A stretch of 64,000 nucleotides of DNA, taken from contig NMRA01000206.1 of assembly GCA_002633005.1 (NCBI GenBank), positions 110,551 to 174,550 of the forward strand. Reading direction: 5' to 3'. Shown piece after piece: positions 13,972 through 28,743 of the stretch. The notes under the pieces were generated by a model. That model was not told the origin of the DNA. It worked only from the letters and a program-made list of their open reading frames with translations, and did not search any database. Origin of the DNA: Phoronis australis. Lineage: Eukaryota > Animalia > Phoronida. Numbering within the stretch: position 1 is the first letter of the stretch; every line of letters begins with the position of its first letter. Position numbers and translations under genes: made by a program.

Positions 13972-15496
13972 ATCATTCAAGTCATTCTGTGGAAGAGGAA
14001 CTTGGCTTCGAAGCCTCGGACGATTAAGTGGATTTGCAATTTCGATGCAATTTCCCCGAAATATTTTTTAGTTCACTAGCCTAGTCTTTTCAAGACTGGA
14101 AGTTTAGTTTTCAACTTTCGCAGCCGACTAACCCGGCTGGTTTATGTTCGTACTGTAAAGTCTCTAGTCCGGCCGCCACGGGCCTGTTCCGGTGCAGTTA
14201 GAACAGAAAAAAAATCGCAAGTCTAAAATTAAAACACACGGATATGCTCTCCTGTCTGTATTTCACGGAGGAATAATTCTAATTTATCACCGAACAGAGT
14301 CTAAACTTCCGGCGACCGACCTCGGTAAGTTATCCTACCGAAATTTGTAGGCTACGGTCCCGTAACAAAAAATAAAGCGATTCATTCTTTTAAAGCCTCA
14401 ATGAATTTATAAGGGTTTTACACCGAATTTTAATGATATATTGGCATACAACGATGAATTCAAGCGATAATCTGACACTAGTAAGCGTGCTGTGAACTGC
14501 TGAACAGACTGTGTTAGAACCTGTGACCTCAGTGGTTAATTTTAGCACCTCCGTCTGCCGTCTGGTGTCAGGTAATAGAACTGAACATGCTGTTGTCGAG
14601 TGGAAGTACTCGATCTAAATTGATACAAAATTCACTGTTTTGTTGAGATTACCCTTTAAAGTACATGTACGACTGAACAACAAGCCGTCTATTCGATTGA
14701 GCTAAGCGTGTTTTACCAGGAGAAAGTTAAGTCTAGTAAAAAGTATCAATATAACATCAAACATGCAACATCACAATTACTTAAATTTCTTTATAGTAAG
14801 AATACTCTGACAACTTTCGAAAACACTGAAAACTAAATTTAAACAGGGAACAACTAAGATACCGACTAAGATACCGGTGGTCTCCAGGGATTTGGTGAGT
14901 CGGTCGACGGCTAACAGTGAGCGACGGCCTATTTCTTTTCGGCTAAATCACTATGAAGGTCCACAATCGAGATTTGACTGCGTTGCGGTCTAAACTATTT
15001 TTTGTTCACTTATCAAACGCCAACTTCATCTCATATGCAAATAGTTATTTGCTTGAACAAATTAAAAAAGAATCATCGAAATCGAACAATGTTTGAGAAA
15101 ATTATGCAAGTTTTTGTCTATGAATTTGATGCATTCTTAGCGTTGCTGGTGGCTATTTTAAAAATTACAATTTTCAGTTGTCAACAGTAGAAAAGAAATG
15201 TATTTTATTAAGTAAGCAATTGCTTAAATAAGACTAGGAATAATTTGAGTCACTTTCAGAATCGCTCAGATGCAGTTGAGAAATTATAGGGTTCATTATA
15301 GAACAGGCACTCTTTACGAAACTTGAAAATTCTGTGTTTCTAACCCTCACCTACTGTAAAGAAGATAAAAAAATCAAGTTCCCACTCTGTAATAAAAAGA
15401 ACTGCTGAATATGTTAACCTTGGCAACACAGAAAATTATTCAATATCTAAACAAACCAAAAGTTTGGATATTGACTGGGTTCTGCTATGTTGAATT

Positions 15497-16280
15497 GTAG
15501 TGTACGTACCCCCATGTGAAATTCAGTAACACAAAAGGTGATTGCAAATGAAATTCTTGCCTTTTAAATAACATGGTGCTTATTATCATCAAAGAAAAAT
15601 AAATGGCCATACAACATTATGTTAACACGTGATGAGAAACAGTGATGTAGTGTACGTACCCCTTTTGTAGTGTACGTACCCCCATGTTTACAAATGCCAT
15701 GAAATTAAAATATTACTGGTAAGTGAGCAATATTTGTCATAAACAGTTTCCTTCCTTAAAAATGTTAGGTTAAAAGGGTGTCTCTTTCAAATGAATTTGT
15801 TTTGATTGAAATATGTGTGTAGTGTACGTACCCCAATATTTTAATGTGTACCTATTGTCTAAGTATGGCAAATATGCACATGAATGCTATACTTCTTATT
15901 CTTTCTCTTTAAATTGATTTTGTAAATCCGCTAACCCTCAGTAGATTCTTAGTATTTAGTTACAAACCTGACATGTCATTGAAATGCAGTGTACGTACCC
16001 CGATGTGAACAAATACGTGTACCATGAAACAAAAATAGTACATGTATGTGGTAAGCAAGCAACATTGGTCAGAGGCAATTTCTGCCATTAAAATCATATG
16101 TTAAAAGGGCGCTAATTACAAAGACATTTGTTTTGAGTGAAATATTACCATTTGTGTGGTGTACGTAACCCTATATTTTAGCATGTGCCTGTTTTCAAAG
16201 AATGACCGACAGATATGCACATGTATGCTGTACTTTTTATTTGTTCTCTTTGAATAGATTTGGTAAATGAACTAACTCTC
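15497..16280. repeat. Array of six GTAGTGTACGTACCCC-type motifs within a diverged tandem duplication of about 320 bp
   Basis: Motif starts at 15497, 15647, 15667, 15819, 15986 and 16156; 15667-15940 aligns with 15986-16280. Confidence 0.85.
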
Positions 16281-17549
16281 ATCATCGAACGAACTCAACA
16301 TCCTAGAAGACACGTGGTGTGAACACTGATGTTGCAGAGGCAAGTTCACCATCTTCTCAAGGCAGACAAGGAGTTTCAGGGTCCGTATTGTGTGACAATA
16401 TGCCGACAGTTGTTGTAGACTACGTGTACCTCATTAGCATCGAGATGAATATTTCCGCAACGAGCTACCTTGTCGACAATTTCCTGCATTTGGCTAACAA
16501 TTTAAATAAAGAACAGAGCTCATCCCTTGAAAAATAAAATTTTCCAAAACTAAAGAGCTAGAAAAATGTGAGTGAGGACTTTTCATGCCAGTGTACCATT
16601 GTGCACGCCAGACATGTGTACAAATGTATGTAGGCCGGTGTGGCCACACTATTAGGTCTTCCCAGCACGAAGCAATGATACGTGTAGGTTTCTGTTATCC
16701 TGCGCTGAGGTAAGGATTTTGTAAAACATATGGAAAGCAGAACGCTTATAACAAATATGAACGTTCGCGTAGGCGTCTTATCTGCCGTCTTACCAGTAAT
16801 GTGGCATAAGATGAACATGGTCAATCGTCTGTGGTCACCACAGGTGGACAGAGCTTAATCAAACAAGTCCTGCCGTTTAAACTATGGCTTCTTGAGGTAG
16901 GGAGTTAAAACTTCCGTCTGATTACTGGGCGTACGGTAGAATGGCACACCAGACTGCTGAAGATCGTTCACATCAGGAAGTGTTTTCTTACCGCACATCA
17001 GACATCGGATCTTCCTCGCGTTCAAACAACTTTTGAATGCTGTATTATTTACATTCTCGTCAGCTTTCCACCGGAAGCACGTCCACCTCGGACGCATCTC
17101 CAAACCATACGTATGGTGGCATCACGCAGGTGTTGACTTAAGCCAGTGTCCGCCTGACTGCTTTTGCGGTCCTCGTCTTGTTTGAAGTTCATCGGTTGAA
17201 CTGTCTCGTGAATATGTAATGTCGCTTTGCTTCTATGTCAGTGTGACTACAATGCAATTTCAGGTCAAATCCACTAATGTTGGTGAGCACATCTGCCGTG
17301 GCGGGAGAAAAACACGTGGGGGCGTGAGAATGAAATATTTGTTGAACTGAATTATGAGCGATAATATGACTTGTGTCAAAGAACCCTGTTTTATTTTATT
17401 CAGTGAATGCGCGTATACAACATGTTTTAATACACTCTTTTCGAGTGTTTGACAATGTAGTCCGATCACCCAAATCACCACATGGTATCGGGGAACTACC
17501 GTACAATGTAATTCTTGTTAGATTGTGATAACCCAGTTCTAAGAGGACT

Positions 17550-18182
17550 GTACGTGGGATTCTTCTAAAACTTCTCGACCCCTTCCAATCCCACACTTCA
17601 CGACATTCTCGACCCACGACACCTCCACCCACAACCCCCCAAAAATACGACCCACAACCCCCTGGAACCACGACATTTGGCAATGTATTTATTTTTGCTT
17701 ACTCTTGTATAATCGTTTAAAATATACTCCTTGTAATGTTGAGATACTTCTTTAGTTAACAGTTATTTTTACAAACTGTATTTACAGAAGAAATTACATA
17801 TTTGTCGGTTTCTCTCGCAATCTCCCAAAAAATTTGAATCTGCCATTCACTGAAGAGTAGACTAGACGATTACACTTTGCCGGAAACGGCATTCGCAATC
17901 TTGGTAGGTGTTTGATTTGATTTGGTAGCGTTATTTTGTTTGCTGTTTTTGGCTTTCAAACCTGCCGAATCGACTCTTCTAATTGCAAAATACAGTGAAA
18001 AGCTAGCAGAGCCCACCGTCCTGCAAGTCAGCGCTTGTTCTATGTTCAGATCCAGTCGAACTTGAGTAGACTGGGTAAAGGGAATTGTGGGTCGAGGGGA
18101 TTTTATCGTGGGTCGTGGGTCGAGGGGGTCTTGGGCCCTGGGGGTCGTGGGTGTCAAAGGGGATTAAAAACTATCCACGTGC
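17550..18182. mobile_element. Foldback/MITE-like element with inverted subterminal CGACCCA repeats
   Basis: The left arm is rich in CGACCCAC/CCACGAC and the right arm in GTGGGTCG/GTCGTGG; the termini GTACGTGGGATT and (reverse complement) GCACGTGGATAG are similar. Confidence 0.65.
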
Positions 18183-19006
18183 GTGAGTCAGTTGGTATGC
18201 TTGCTGTGTAAAATTAATTCGTGCTACACACATTATGAGAATGTAGAGTCTGTAAAGCTGATAGACTGGTCTAACCAGTATAAACTATCACGTTCAATTT
18301 TGGCATGTGGCTTGACCAAACTACTACTTGCGAGTATTGCTTACTAAAAATAACCACGACATTAACACAACCTGTTGTAGGAAAATGACCAATCAGAATG
18401 CAAAAACTGACTCATCGTTACAGGACTATGTGTGTCATGCAGGCAATCACTCCATGCCCCAGACTTTATTGATTTTTAAATACGTGGAGATAAAAATACT
18501 GTTTTCCAGTAGCGATGTGCAACCAAGTGTGTTCGTGGACAGTGCAAGGCTAAAACCGATACAAGAACAAATTATAGTATCTAGTGAAGAGCAGCCGCTC
18601 CTTTTTTGAGTCTTAGCTTGGGAGTCCTTTACACAAGTTGACAAAAGTGGTCATAAAACCGACACTTGTTGACGAATGGTACTAACGTGGCCGTGTAATC
18701 AATGGTTAGCATGGAAAGTGGATTCATATTTCGTGAAAAAGACCCCCGAACACATAAAAATGGCCCAAGAGAATGTGGTTTTATCTGGGCAATTGGTGGC
18801 GATTATTTTTGTGAAATGACCGGGAGTTTTAAGACAAGTAAAGTGCCCAAAAGTCACATGATTAAGCTTAGGTGATGACCAAAGGCGTTATGACCTTTTA
18901 ATGCTTATTCTGGGCATGCCTTCCGAGAACAGCATTTAACTGGCTCTCAAAACAGTAGAATAGTGTATAAACTTTCGCACTTTTTCGTGGATACGAAGTG
19001 TCTTAC

Positions 19007-19153
19007 CTCGAGAAATATTCATCTTTCCATCGATACTTAATGTTATCGACATATGCCATTGCTGGTTTCCTCGAATATTTCCTGACGGTGTGCAGTTCAG
19101 TCGTCTTTCTCGCAATCCGCCTCACGTGTTCCCGTGAACTAGAACTGGAGTAC
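19007..19153 (-). CDS. Candidate orphan exon (147 nt); possible start exon MAYVDNIKYRWKDEYFSR
   Basis: Acceptor TTCTTAGATGCAG and donor GAG|GTAAGA; only one frame is open; internal ATG in GCAATGG context. No partner exons could be linked. Confidence 0.35.
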
Positions 19154-20183
19154 CTGCATCTAAGAACAACATCACACCCAAGCTATACATTGAAACAGAT
19201 AAACAGCAGTAAAACCAGATTGTTCAAACGCAATTCTTGTGACAAGTGAAACATGCGTGCCAGCTTACGTGTGCATTCTTACATGTGCATTCTATTCTTT
19301 TTATTCCAAGAGCAGAGTATTGAGTGAGCAGGCACTAATTAACAAGAACCCACGGGCTGGGTAACGGTTCGAATACCGTGTCTTGGCGGACTTCCAGTGC
19401 ATCTACTTCTCCGTAATTGTAAAAGTCATCCTTCTATAACCTTGATGGAAAACCAAAAAGACAGGTGACACCATATTTGTCCCATATTTGTTATACTTAC
19501 CCTTAAAAGAGTTATACGAACCCTCACCCATGCTGTCATCAAAGGCACTATACTTTAAATTGTTTTATTTTGGTTGCTTATGCTATTGTATTGGATTGAA
19601 CAATGTCATCGGTAAAAGTATTTCGTCTATAGGATCTACCAAAAACGAATTGAAATTACGCTATATCTTTCCAGGCGTTGTTATCCCTTCTCATCCCTTA
19701 TTGTTGTATATAGTTATGAAGTTCCCATTAATTTCGCCAGGCAATTTTCACTTTAATTTGCAGGTTTCAGCCATATACAAAAGACAGCTGTTAGGTGAGT
19801 TACCTGGGGTCACTTTTTAATGGGTTGTTTCTTTTGATTTTTTTGAAAGTTGGAGTTCAGTGCACACTCTGCACAAATTTGCTTAATATTTCTCATTGCT
19901 GTATGTAACGCAGTATTTCCAATGGCTATTAATTTTAAGAAATTTTCTTTTACCAATTGTAAGATTCGAATGTTTTGTATCTGCGAGTCAAAAACGAATC
20001 TTAATTAGCAAAGTCATTGAACAAGAAGTGTCGATCTAACTTGTTTTAATACAACTCTGTGTATTTTTCTCGTGATAGTTATCATTCCAAAAGTGTGGCG
20101 TCTACTTGTAAGTATTCATTTTAAATCAGTGTTAAAGTACTTGGGTATATACATTGTTTTAGCGACGATATTTAAACCGTGGA

Positions 20184-20220
20184 TGCGCATGCGCACGGTG
20201 TTTCATCGAAAGTGACGTAA
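20184..20220. promoter_or_regulatory. NRF1-type palindrome with adjacent CRE-like site
   Basis: Perfect TGCGCATGCGCA at 20184-20195 and TGACGTAA at 20213-20220; motif match only. Confidence 0.3.
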
Positions 20221-23200
20221 GATGCAAACCAGATTTTTACATATACTCCACACAACTAATTTCGAAAGAAAAATCTCGCTTGAGCAAAAGTGCAAATTTT
20301 ATTGAATGCTAGTGACTGAGATATTTCAGAAATGTATCTCAAGACTGAGATGTGTTCGTTATTGCCTGGCCATGAATTTCTTCAGCTACCGTGAAGTAAA
20401 AGTTCAAACTGGCTTAACTCCTAAGTCATTTTTATGAAATAAACCCTGAGGTTCTACAATTATAAATAACATTTTCAAACATTTTCTATGTTATTAGTAT
20501 TTTAACGCCCTCTAAAATGGCCGCTTTGCATCACAAAAAGCTTTCCCATTAACACAAGTAAAGTATAGAGGGTGGTTAACATGCTGGAAAACTCTAAGTG
20601 GGTTACGACACGTGACGTAAGGTTAAAAGCATACTAAACCAAAGAGGTTTGTATAAGTAACATAATCCGGCGGCGAGATATTTTTATCAAAAAGACGTAT
20701 TCGACTTTGCGTTCTCATCGCACGCAGTCCGTCGCTTTGCTAGCGGAGTTTCGTTAGAGCCCTACAAGATAAGTAGACACGGATTCTGAAGTGTAGTTAT
20801 CCGACAAAATTACTGGCCTTCACTTTAGTGAATGACTTGATACCCAACGGCGAGTATTGGAAATATGTAATAAAATCCAAAAACACAACAGATTTTATCG
20901 TTTTATAGCTCTGATCAAAGCTATTAACTCTAAAAAATGTAAAACACCAAGCGACAATCTCCAAGATCAGGTGTTCACCCCTAAGCCGAGTTTTCCCCGC
21001 AGGATGCTAAGTAAAGCGTGTCATCGTTTTTAATCATGTGCATAAGTGTTTAACTCAGAGTGACTCAGTGTGTATGTTTATACCGTCCTTAACTTTCCCC
21101 AGGCTGCATGACGAACAAAATCAGATCATCCACAGTTTAAAGTTTATCAAAAATTGAAGAATTGTCTAACAAATGACAGTTTGCGGTAGGAAAGGTTAAG
21201 GAATTTGTGCATGCAACACGTAAACAATTTTCTACAAATTTCCATTGCCAAAATCTTAGGAATTCCTGTTGTACCTGCCCCGTCACTGATCATCGCTAGA
21301 TTCACTAACGGGATTTTTCAGTTACAGCAATTTTATTCAAACCTCGTTTCACGTGGTTCTCATTTGACACGCTGCATAGTTTAACTAATATGGATTTTTT
21401 ATATTTTTCGTTAGAGGTGGCGCCCCGTCAATCAAATCGAGCTAAAGTCTATTATTTTAGAAGAATCTTAAGTGAAATACATGTATAAAATAACGTGATT
21501 TTCGTTGATTTACGTGTTTTTTTAATTTTAAAAACACATTGAAAGTTCATGTAGGTGTAAGACACCCAAATCTGCTACCACATGTTACTGCAAATACAAT
21601 CAAATAAAAAGATAGGAAGATGATGAAAAAAACAACGGTTATTTAAATTCATTTAGTCAATCATCACTTAAGAAAAACAAAGTGCGATCATATTGGGGTA
21701 AATAAACCTGCACTTGTTTAAAATACGTTGATTGGCACATACGAGATCCGTGTTTGCAGAGATTTTTCTTTGCTATTTCTCATTTACAATTTTGTCAAAC
21801 AGGGAACACATTTTTTGCACAATTAGTAATTTTGAGATCCTCAGCCGTTCTCCCGCTAAGCCCCGCATTGTATCGCTAAAGCCTCTGTCGCTGAGTATTC
21901 GCCTGTCAATAGCAGGTTAGTAAATAAACAGTCGGTAACTGTCAAACGAGAGTCTTAGCTCAACATTTTCACAAATTACAGCGGGGATTCGGATAGAGTA
22001 AAGCGTTGTAGCGGACTTATATTATGAGAATACAATCTTTACAAATCAATTTATCACACGGACAATGTCAGATGTTTAAGCGTCTATTGAAATATTTAAG
22101 TCGGGTTGATTTATGCCCATTAATTGTGATCTTCTTCTTTGGTGTGAATTCATCCGAGTACCTCCTGCTTTTTACGGGCGGTTTAGTTTGAGGTGAGAAG
22201 TTGCCAATTGTAACCATGTTATACAAAGAAATGTGTTAACTGATGGCACGACTCCTTCATTGTGAGAACGTGACTGTAACACTTGACCAGTCAAATTAAT
22301 TAGAATCGTGTTAGAAATAGTGAAAGGGAAGCCGGTCAATCAGCAAACCTGCGACTATTTATTAAAGCTGGGACAAAGTGTTGTTTCATATAGTGAGAAT
22401 TAATCATGGTTCAGGAATTGTTTCACGTAAGAAGATATGCGATGCTAAATATTGGGGTCTGCAGTAACAATTGATTGAAAGGAAAGTTGTGTTACAACTA
22501 GTGCGTACACTGTACATGTACAAGAACACTGCATTTACTTCACGGTATTGTACTGGCATGCACAATTTTAAACTCTAATAAGCTATACTGGATTCAAATT
22601 TATCAAAATGTCTGTGTGTGTCTGTAGGATGTACCAATGGTTGGCGCGTCATGCACATGTCATTCGCTGACTCAGTAGAATATACAACATGCCTTGTCAC
22701 TAGCTCTTTCACTTTAACGACGGATTTGCCGACGTTGTTTACCGATTATGCCAATTTGAAAATATTATGCAAAGCAGTCACCACGTGCGTGTAACCTAAA
22801 ACACTTACTAATAATTGAAGTACTAGATGGAGATACTTGGATTCTGCGGCAGTAATGACTGCGAAATGAACCTATCTTCCATTAAACATGTTCTGAAATA
22901 TTTAAATAATTACGTTGTATGCACAGCTCAGGCATAATGTAAGCACGAGTAATGATGGGAACCCAAATGAAAAATTTTAGCAGCGCAACAGGATTCTTAT
23001 ACCACTAAAATGGCTATCGAGCTTTCAAGTGCAAATCGACTTAACATTAGAGTTATCTACAAATACCAAACAAATATGCAATCTACAAGTGTAACGAATT
23101 TTAATTCGTTACACATGTATATTGGATATTTGTCTATAGCTAATGGCGGCCGGAAGTTTAATTCCGGCCGACACATGTTCATGTAGCTCAATATTGCTGA

Positions 23201-26200
23201 TCAAAAAATATAAATTTCAACACTATTGAAAAAATAAAGGACGGATGAAATTTTCATTGCCATCCTGGGGTTACTTGGATTATATTTTACTCGTAATGGT
23301 ATCACATGTTACACATAAATCCCAGCTTAATAAAGTGAAATTTATTTTGTTAGTAAGCGCAATAATAACTTCATTATCACCTGTGCTTAATTTGAATACA
23401 GACGAATCAGTCTTGGTTTTGTTGAATAGGGTTCATTTTCAGAAGTACCTAACGAATTGTTTCATCTAGTTGACAAGTTCAGACAAGTTTTCGACAGCTT
23501 ATCTGAGGTTTTGTAAAAAATCAAAAGGAGAATCGAAAGCAATCTAAATATGAACATTTACGGAATTATCCATAAAATTTTGGATACAAAACTGAGTCGA
23601 GCATTTGTCAAAAAGATACTTGTCTAATGGTTGTAATGTACGAACTCGCAAAAATACTACTCTGTTAACTGGGGAAATGTTTTAACACGTGTTAACCATT
23701 ACGCGTTAACAAAATTAATTAAAACGGCCAAAGATGAAATGAAAAGTCGGGCTTATAGTAAACATTTTAAATTATTTGTCTTTAAAAGCCACGGCCTCTC
23801 TCAAAGATGACCAAAAACGGTAATGTTGCCATTTTTTTGTATTTTCTATTTAGAGGTGACTGCACTGTATTATCGCCATTTTTCAATAACAACTGATTAT
23901 CCATCAGCTTAGGAAGTCACCCTGGATTAAATGTATTTCATATACACTTGGCTTCGAATTTATTTTTTGTAACAGATTTTCACAAGTTTGACTTTTCATT
24001 GTTACGAGCCCGGTTTCAATTAAATTCGGATAATGTCTTTGCCAAGAGATTAAACCTATGAATAATTTTTCACGACCAACACACATTTGATGACCAACGT
24101 ATTCAGACCGCACTTAACTCAACTAAAACGTCGAAAACAACTGTGCCAAATAAATGAACACGGACCTTCCCAATCTTTAACTGAAAATGGGTTTTTTGTC
24201 ACAAAATACGTATCGCATCTGTTTTAAGATTCTCAGGTCCTTAGAAACGTTTCAACATCAGGTGACAGGAACACATTCCTCGAACACGCATGGTGTGTCG
24301 CGAGAAAAATTACCAGAAAAAATGTGTGTCACCTTGAAAATTCCAGAGGTAATACAGCGACTGAGAAATGATAACATTTGAGACATCGAATTTGGAACAA
24401 TTCGTTACGGATATAAAGGTAATAACGGCTTGGCTTTTCATTTACGTTTGTTCTGTTATTGTTTTGTGGTCAGCTAATACATGTTTTTTCCTAAACAAAA
24501 ACACTTTTGGCATTTGTCATTTTGTAACGTAGGTGCTGCCTTATCTCTTGACACCAATTAAAGAATATTTCACGTTTTTAATATATACACAACTTGACAA
24601 CCGCGTTTCAAAAGTCTTCATCTGAGCCCGGTTATCAGATTAAAAATCCTGACAATTATCTTTGTGACGTGAAACATAAGGTTTATGATTCTTACAGACA
24701 GCGAAATACTTTTCCCGTGGATTTCTCATCAGCAAAACATCAGAGCAGTGTCTTTAAAACCAGTTTTGAAATGTTTTCATGCCTATTAATCACACAGAAC
24801 AACCCCTAAAATTTACGTTAAATCAAATTCCCACACAGGGAGGCGTGTCCTTCACAATGGATCTCCATATTAGGAAATCAGACATCTCATTGACATTGGT
24901 AATTTATGCAGAAGCATGACACGTCACTACCATTACAAAATGAATTAACCCAGATTCTTTGATCAGGTTTTTCAATGTCATGACGACGATATGAAATGGC
25001 CAACATGATTTAGAACGACACATTGGTTAGATTTTATAAGTCATACGTATACAAAAAAACTAAAATATTGTTTCATTCCATAATTATTTCAATTTTAGTT
25101 TCAAACTGGAAGATTTGATGTAAATTCACCTTCTCTTTACCATCATGCTCCTGAAGACAATCTTAAATGAAGTATCTCGAATCGTAGAATCTTCTAGTTA
25201 ACACAGAAGTATCCAAACCATACACACTGTACTGACGACGGTGCATTTTCACTAATAGCGTTCTTCGTCAGGAACCTTATACTTGATGACGCAATTAATA
25301 TAGCACTGAGGTTAAAAACAAAAATACATTGCACTGTTCTCAAGTTACCTAAAACACATATAGATTGCTCCGAGGTATCAAATCTTTAAAAATGACACTA
25401 TGCATGTAAAGTTACGTTCTGAAAATAACCAACATATTACTGCAATACATGGACAAAACTAAAATTTTGTTTTTGAAGAAACATTTTCTGATATAGTTAA
25501 GCACTATTCTAATAGCAGACCATGTTGCTGGTAAAACTTGTCTTCAATGGATGCCTGAACATGTCCATTTTTATCTAAGTGTGAATATTCTCGACAAATT
25601 GATAAGATAGATATCAAATCAATTAAATTACAAAGCATCCATTTTGTAACGCTTGTAGTTGGCTTCATCGAAATTGTGGAGAACACAATGACTCCGTTGA
25701 GTTAGATGAAATATCAAAACCGTGAAGTTTGAGTTTTAACACCTTCCCTATATAATGAAATGACCCTTCAAATGACTCCCATGATACGCATGTGTGATTA
25801 AGCAAAGCGCTTCTAAATAGTGGTTAAAGGAATACCATAATTATAGCCCTTGAACATTCATCTGAAAGAAAGTTAAGCATCTACCTTTCAGTTCACATTT
25901 CCAACCTGAATACAGGTGCTTTTCAAGCAAACGACCGTAACAAGATCCCCGTATTACACTGACATATCTGAAAATGTTTACCCGCTACCATTTCCCGGCT
26001 TCTGGTCCATAAGATCATTTCCACGGGAGGTAGATGAAAAACGTGGCACTTGACTGCCGATCAAATCCAAAATGGCCGCAAGCTGCTCCGCCTATGATTT
26101 TTATGTATATATATACACACACAGTATGTTTAATGGGCGTTGAAATGATCTATGGTCGTAGTTGAGGAGCTGACGTGAGCGTCTAGTTGTGTCTAGGTCG

Positions 26201-27053
26201 AGGGGAATTTTTCAAGCCAGGATCGTCCGTGGATACCATGATGACAAGTGATAAAATGTGTGACATGACCATCATGTGTCACAGGGAACGATATTTACAT
26301 TCGTCTGGCCGAAGTAGTTTTAGTGTCTTTATCTGCTGTTCCGGAAAATGTCGAAATATGGCATAATAAATTAGAAGTTTTCATTGTGAGCGAAATAGAT
26401 ATACACTGCGATCACAATTTGTTCAGAATTCACTCTAACTAACTATTCATTTTACTTTGCTAGCAGAATATTCTCAGAAGAATTGTTGCAATCATAAAAT
26501 GATAACCAAAACGATTTATGCAGCACCATGAGAATCTTACATCTAGGAATTAGTGCGTTTTTTTATGGAACCGCTTTATTCTATTCATTCGTGCTGATTT
26601 TCGCGCTGGCTTTACATACATGTACTACCAATTCCTTTACCAAATGAGGATTTTCCACAGACAGGTGACATCCAAAATATTTTAATATCCTCTCGGTCAA
26701 ATACTGAAACAAATTATGAAACTTTCGAAGCGGGAACATGAATGATGCCTTACTACCAATCAGAATGTTGTGAAAATCCATCCTTGTTTTAACCAATGGG
26801 AAGCCAGATTGATGACCGTTTGACAGTGCGATGCTCGTAGCCATAGGAAAGAGTGCATGGCCGCGTAATGTAATGGAGGTTACACGCGTAGGCCGTTATG
26901 TATGTGTTCGTAATTAATTATGAGGTGAAACACTAATAGTTGGGAATAATTCTACATAAATTTGGAAGGAATGTGATTAAAACGAACAACATATAAGATT
27001 TATCGTTGCTTTCATTCTTTTAAACCGCGTTTATTACACTTCCTGTTTAAACA

Positions 27054-27207
27054 GCCTCCCGGTTCAGTAGCGCTAGGCTCTCGCTAAAAAGCAAGACTTC
27101 GCGAGATTACGTGAGATATTGTCGAGTATTTTAAACGAGATCACGTGACTTTGGCTAGATTTTAGCTAGGTCCTAGGGTAGGTCCTAGCGTTACTGAACT
27201 CTCGCCT
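27054..27207 (+). mobile_element. About 150-bp MITE family, copy 2
   Basis: Highly similar to 60258-60411; inverted ends GTTCAGTAGCGCTAGG / CCTAGCGTTACTGAAC. Confidence 0.85.
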
Positions 27208-28743
27208 GGTTTTATTCTTTTTCTTTGACTGCGCCATCTCTGGAAGAGTGGGACGATGCATGTTTTAAAATGTTTAAAGCTCACATATACCTTCTTTTGA
27301 CATGTTACTACATTGCCAGCTTCATTAAACCTTCCCTTATCACATGCATACCGCAATCTTGAATGGAATACCCAAAAACGGGAAAACGGAAGAAAGACGA
27401 TTTCAGTTGAAAGTTTCTTAGCTCTACAGATATGAGTGGGATTTATGAACAGACATGCACCAAGCGACAGTGCATCATCTCCAAGAACGCGAGTTTCTTA
27501 TACAAACTTTTGCTATGAACAAGTATCCAAAGCTCTTCGATGTCCTGCGCGAAAGTGAAAAAGGCCACAGCTTGGTCAAATACTAACATGTCACAACCAA
27601 CATCAACACATTCAACTTTACACCTTGCCATTCCTTCGTATACAGTACAATTAACCACGGGATAACGAAAAGCAGTGTCTAACGACTTTTCTCACAAAAC
27701 TCTATGGAGGATGACTAGTGTCCCGCTTTTACGGTCAAGTAGACAAAGAAATGGGCGTATCTCAAGATAAGATAATTAATACAACGTGAGTTTGCGAGTG
27801 TTCTATGCTGACAGTCGATCAACTGTTTGGTTGTTTCTTGCGTTTTTTTATATGAAATGGGTGAGTTTTACGCACCTTGAGACGCAAAATATGTTGTTTA
27901 GCAGCACCCGCAAGTGATACAGGCAACTATAGGGAATGTTCCAATTGGTCGTCTTTTCAACAACCTAGGAGACATCGAATTCATCAGTCTGTACAGTTCG
28001 CAGCAATGGGGAAGAGTGTATGACTGTCCAATAATATCAGGACCAGGTTCTAATAATTTTACTTGAAATCGAACTCGAAAATATTTTGACTTTTCACATT
28101 CTAGTTGAATACAATCTCAAAAACAAATGCCCATAAGTTTGTTCTCGAGTACATTATAGTTTACGTGATTGATTGCAAAATCCTATTTGCCATTGCTGAA
28201 TCCGGTTATAAAGCTATCAGTTCGGGTTCATTTACAAACGATCGAAATAATTCCTTGCCCGTCTCAATTAACTCCTGCTAATCTACGATACCGGAACTAA
28301 AGGCACAAGGCCCGCGGTGTAAATCAATGGCGGCGACCCGTTGGGCTCTTGGGGCTATAGCTCCAATCACCTCAGTTCTACGGCGCTCATGGTCACTTGA
28401 GCGGCGCACCATAGGGGGGTGGGATGCTATAACCCCCAATTATTTCAGTGTTGGGCCCCCCATGTAAGTCCCCTGTGTCCCTAACCTTCTCTCATGCGCC
28501 AAGCTCATTTCATAACGCCGGGCGTTGATTCTCGGACCGGTTGCATGAAACAGTGCCACACGGAAACTACCCTACGTTCCCTAAATCTTCTGTGCATTTC
28601 ACCGTGGACTTGTACATTTCCTTCACAAAACATTATACAACTCAAACTGTAACTTCATTGAAAAAATAGAGATTTGTCCTTAAAGGAGTAATGTTATTTT
28701 CATCGGTATGGATAAATCAAAATAGAGTTGATGGAATTGTTGC

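Noticed and set aside
13684-13980. YI/HI/CV-repeat ORFs
   Set aside because: Translation of the TA/CA microsatellite.
15497-16171. CRISPR-like repeat-spacer appearance
   Set aside because: The repeat is only 16 bp, spacers are 4-154 bp and mutually homologous, there are no cas genes, and the context is eukaryotic.
26581-26844. GYEHRTV motif suggesting a Merlin/ISXO2 transposase
   Set aside because: The following residues do not match and the frame has several stops; likely chance.
27430-27586. Possible + strand terminal exon with C-ending codons
   Set aside because: The two plausible halves lie in different frames and no upstream exon was found.
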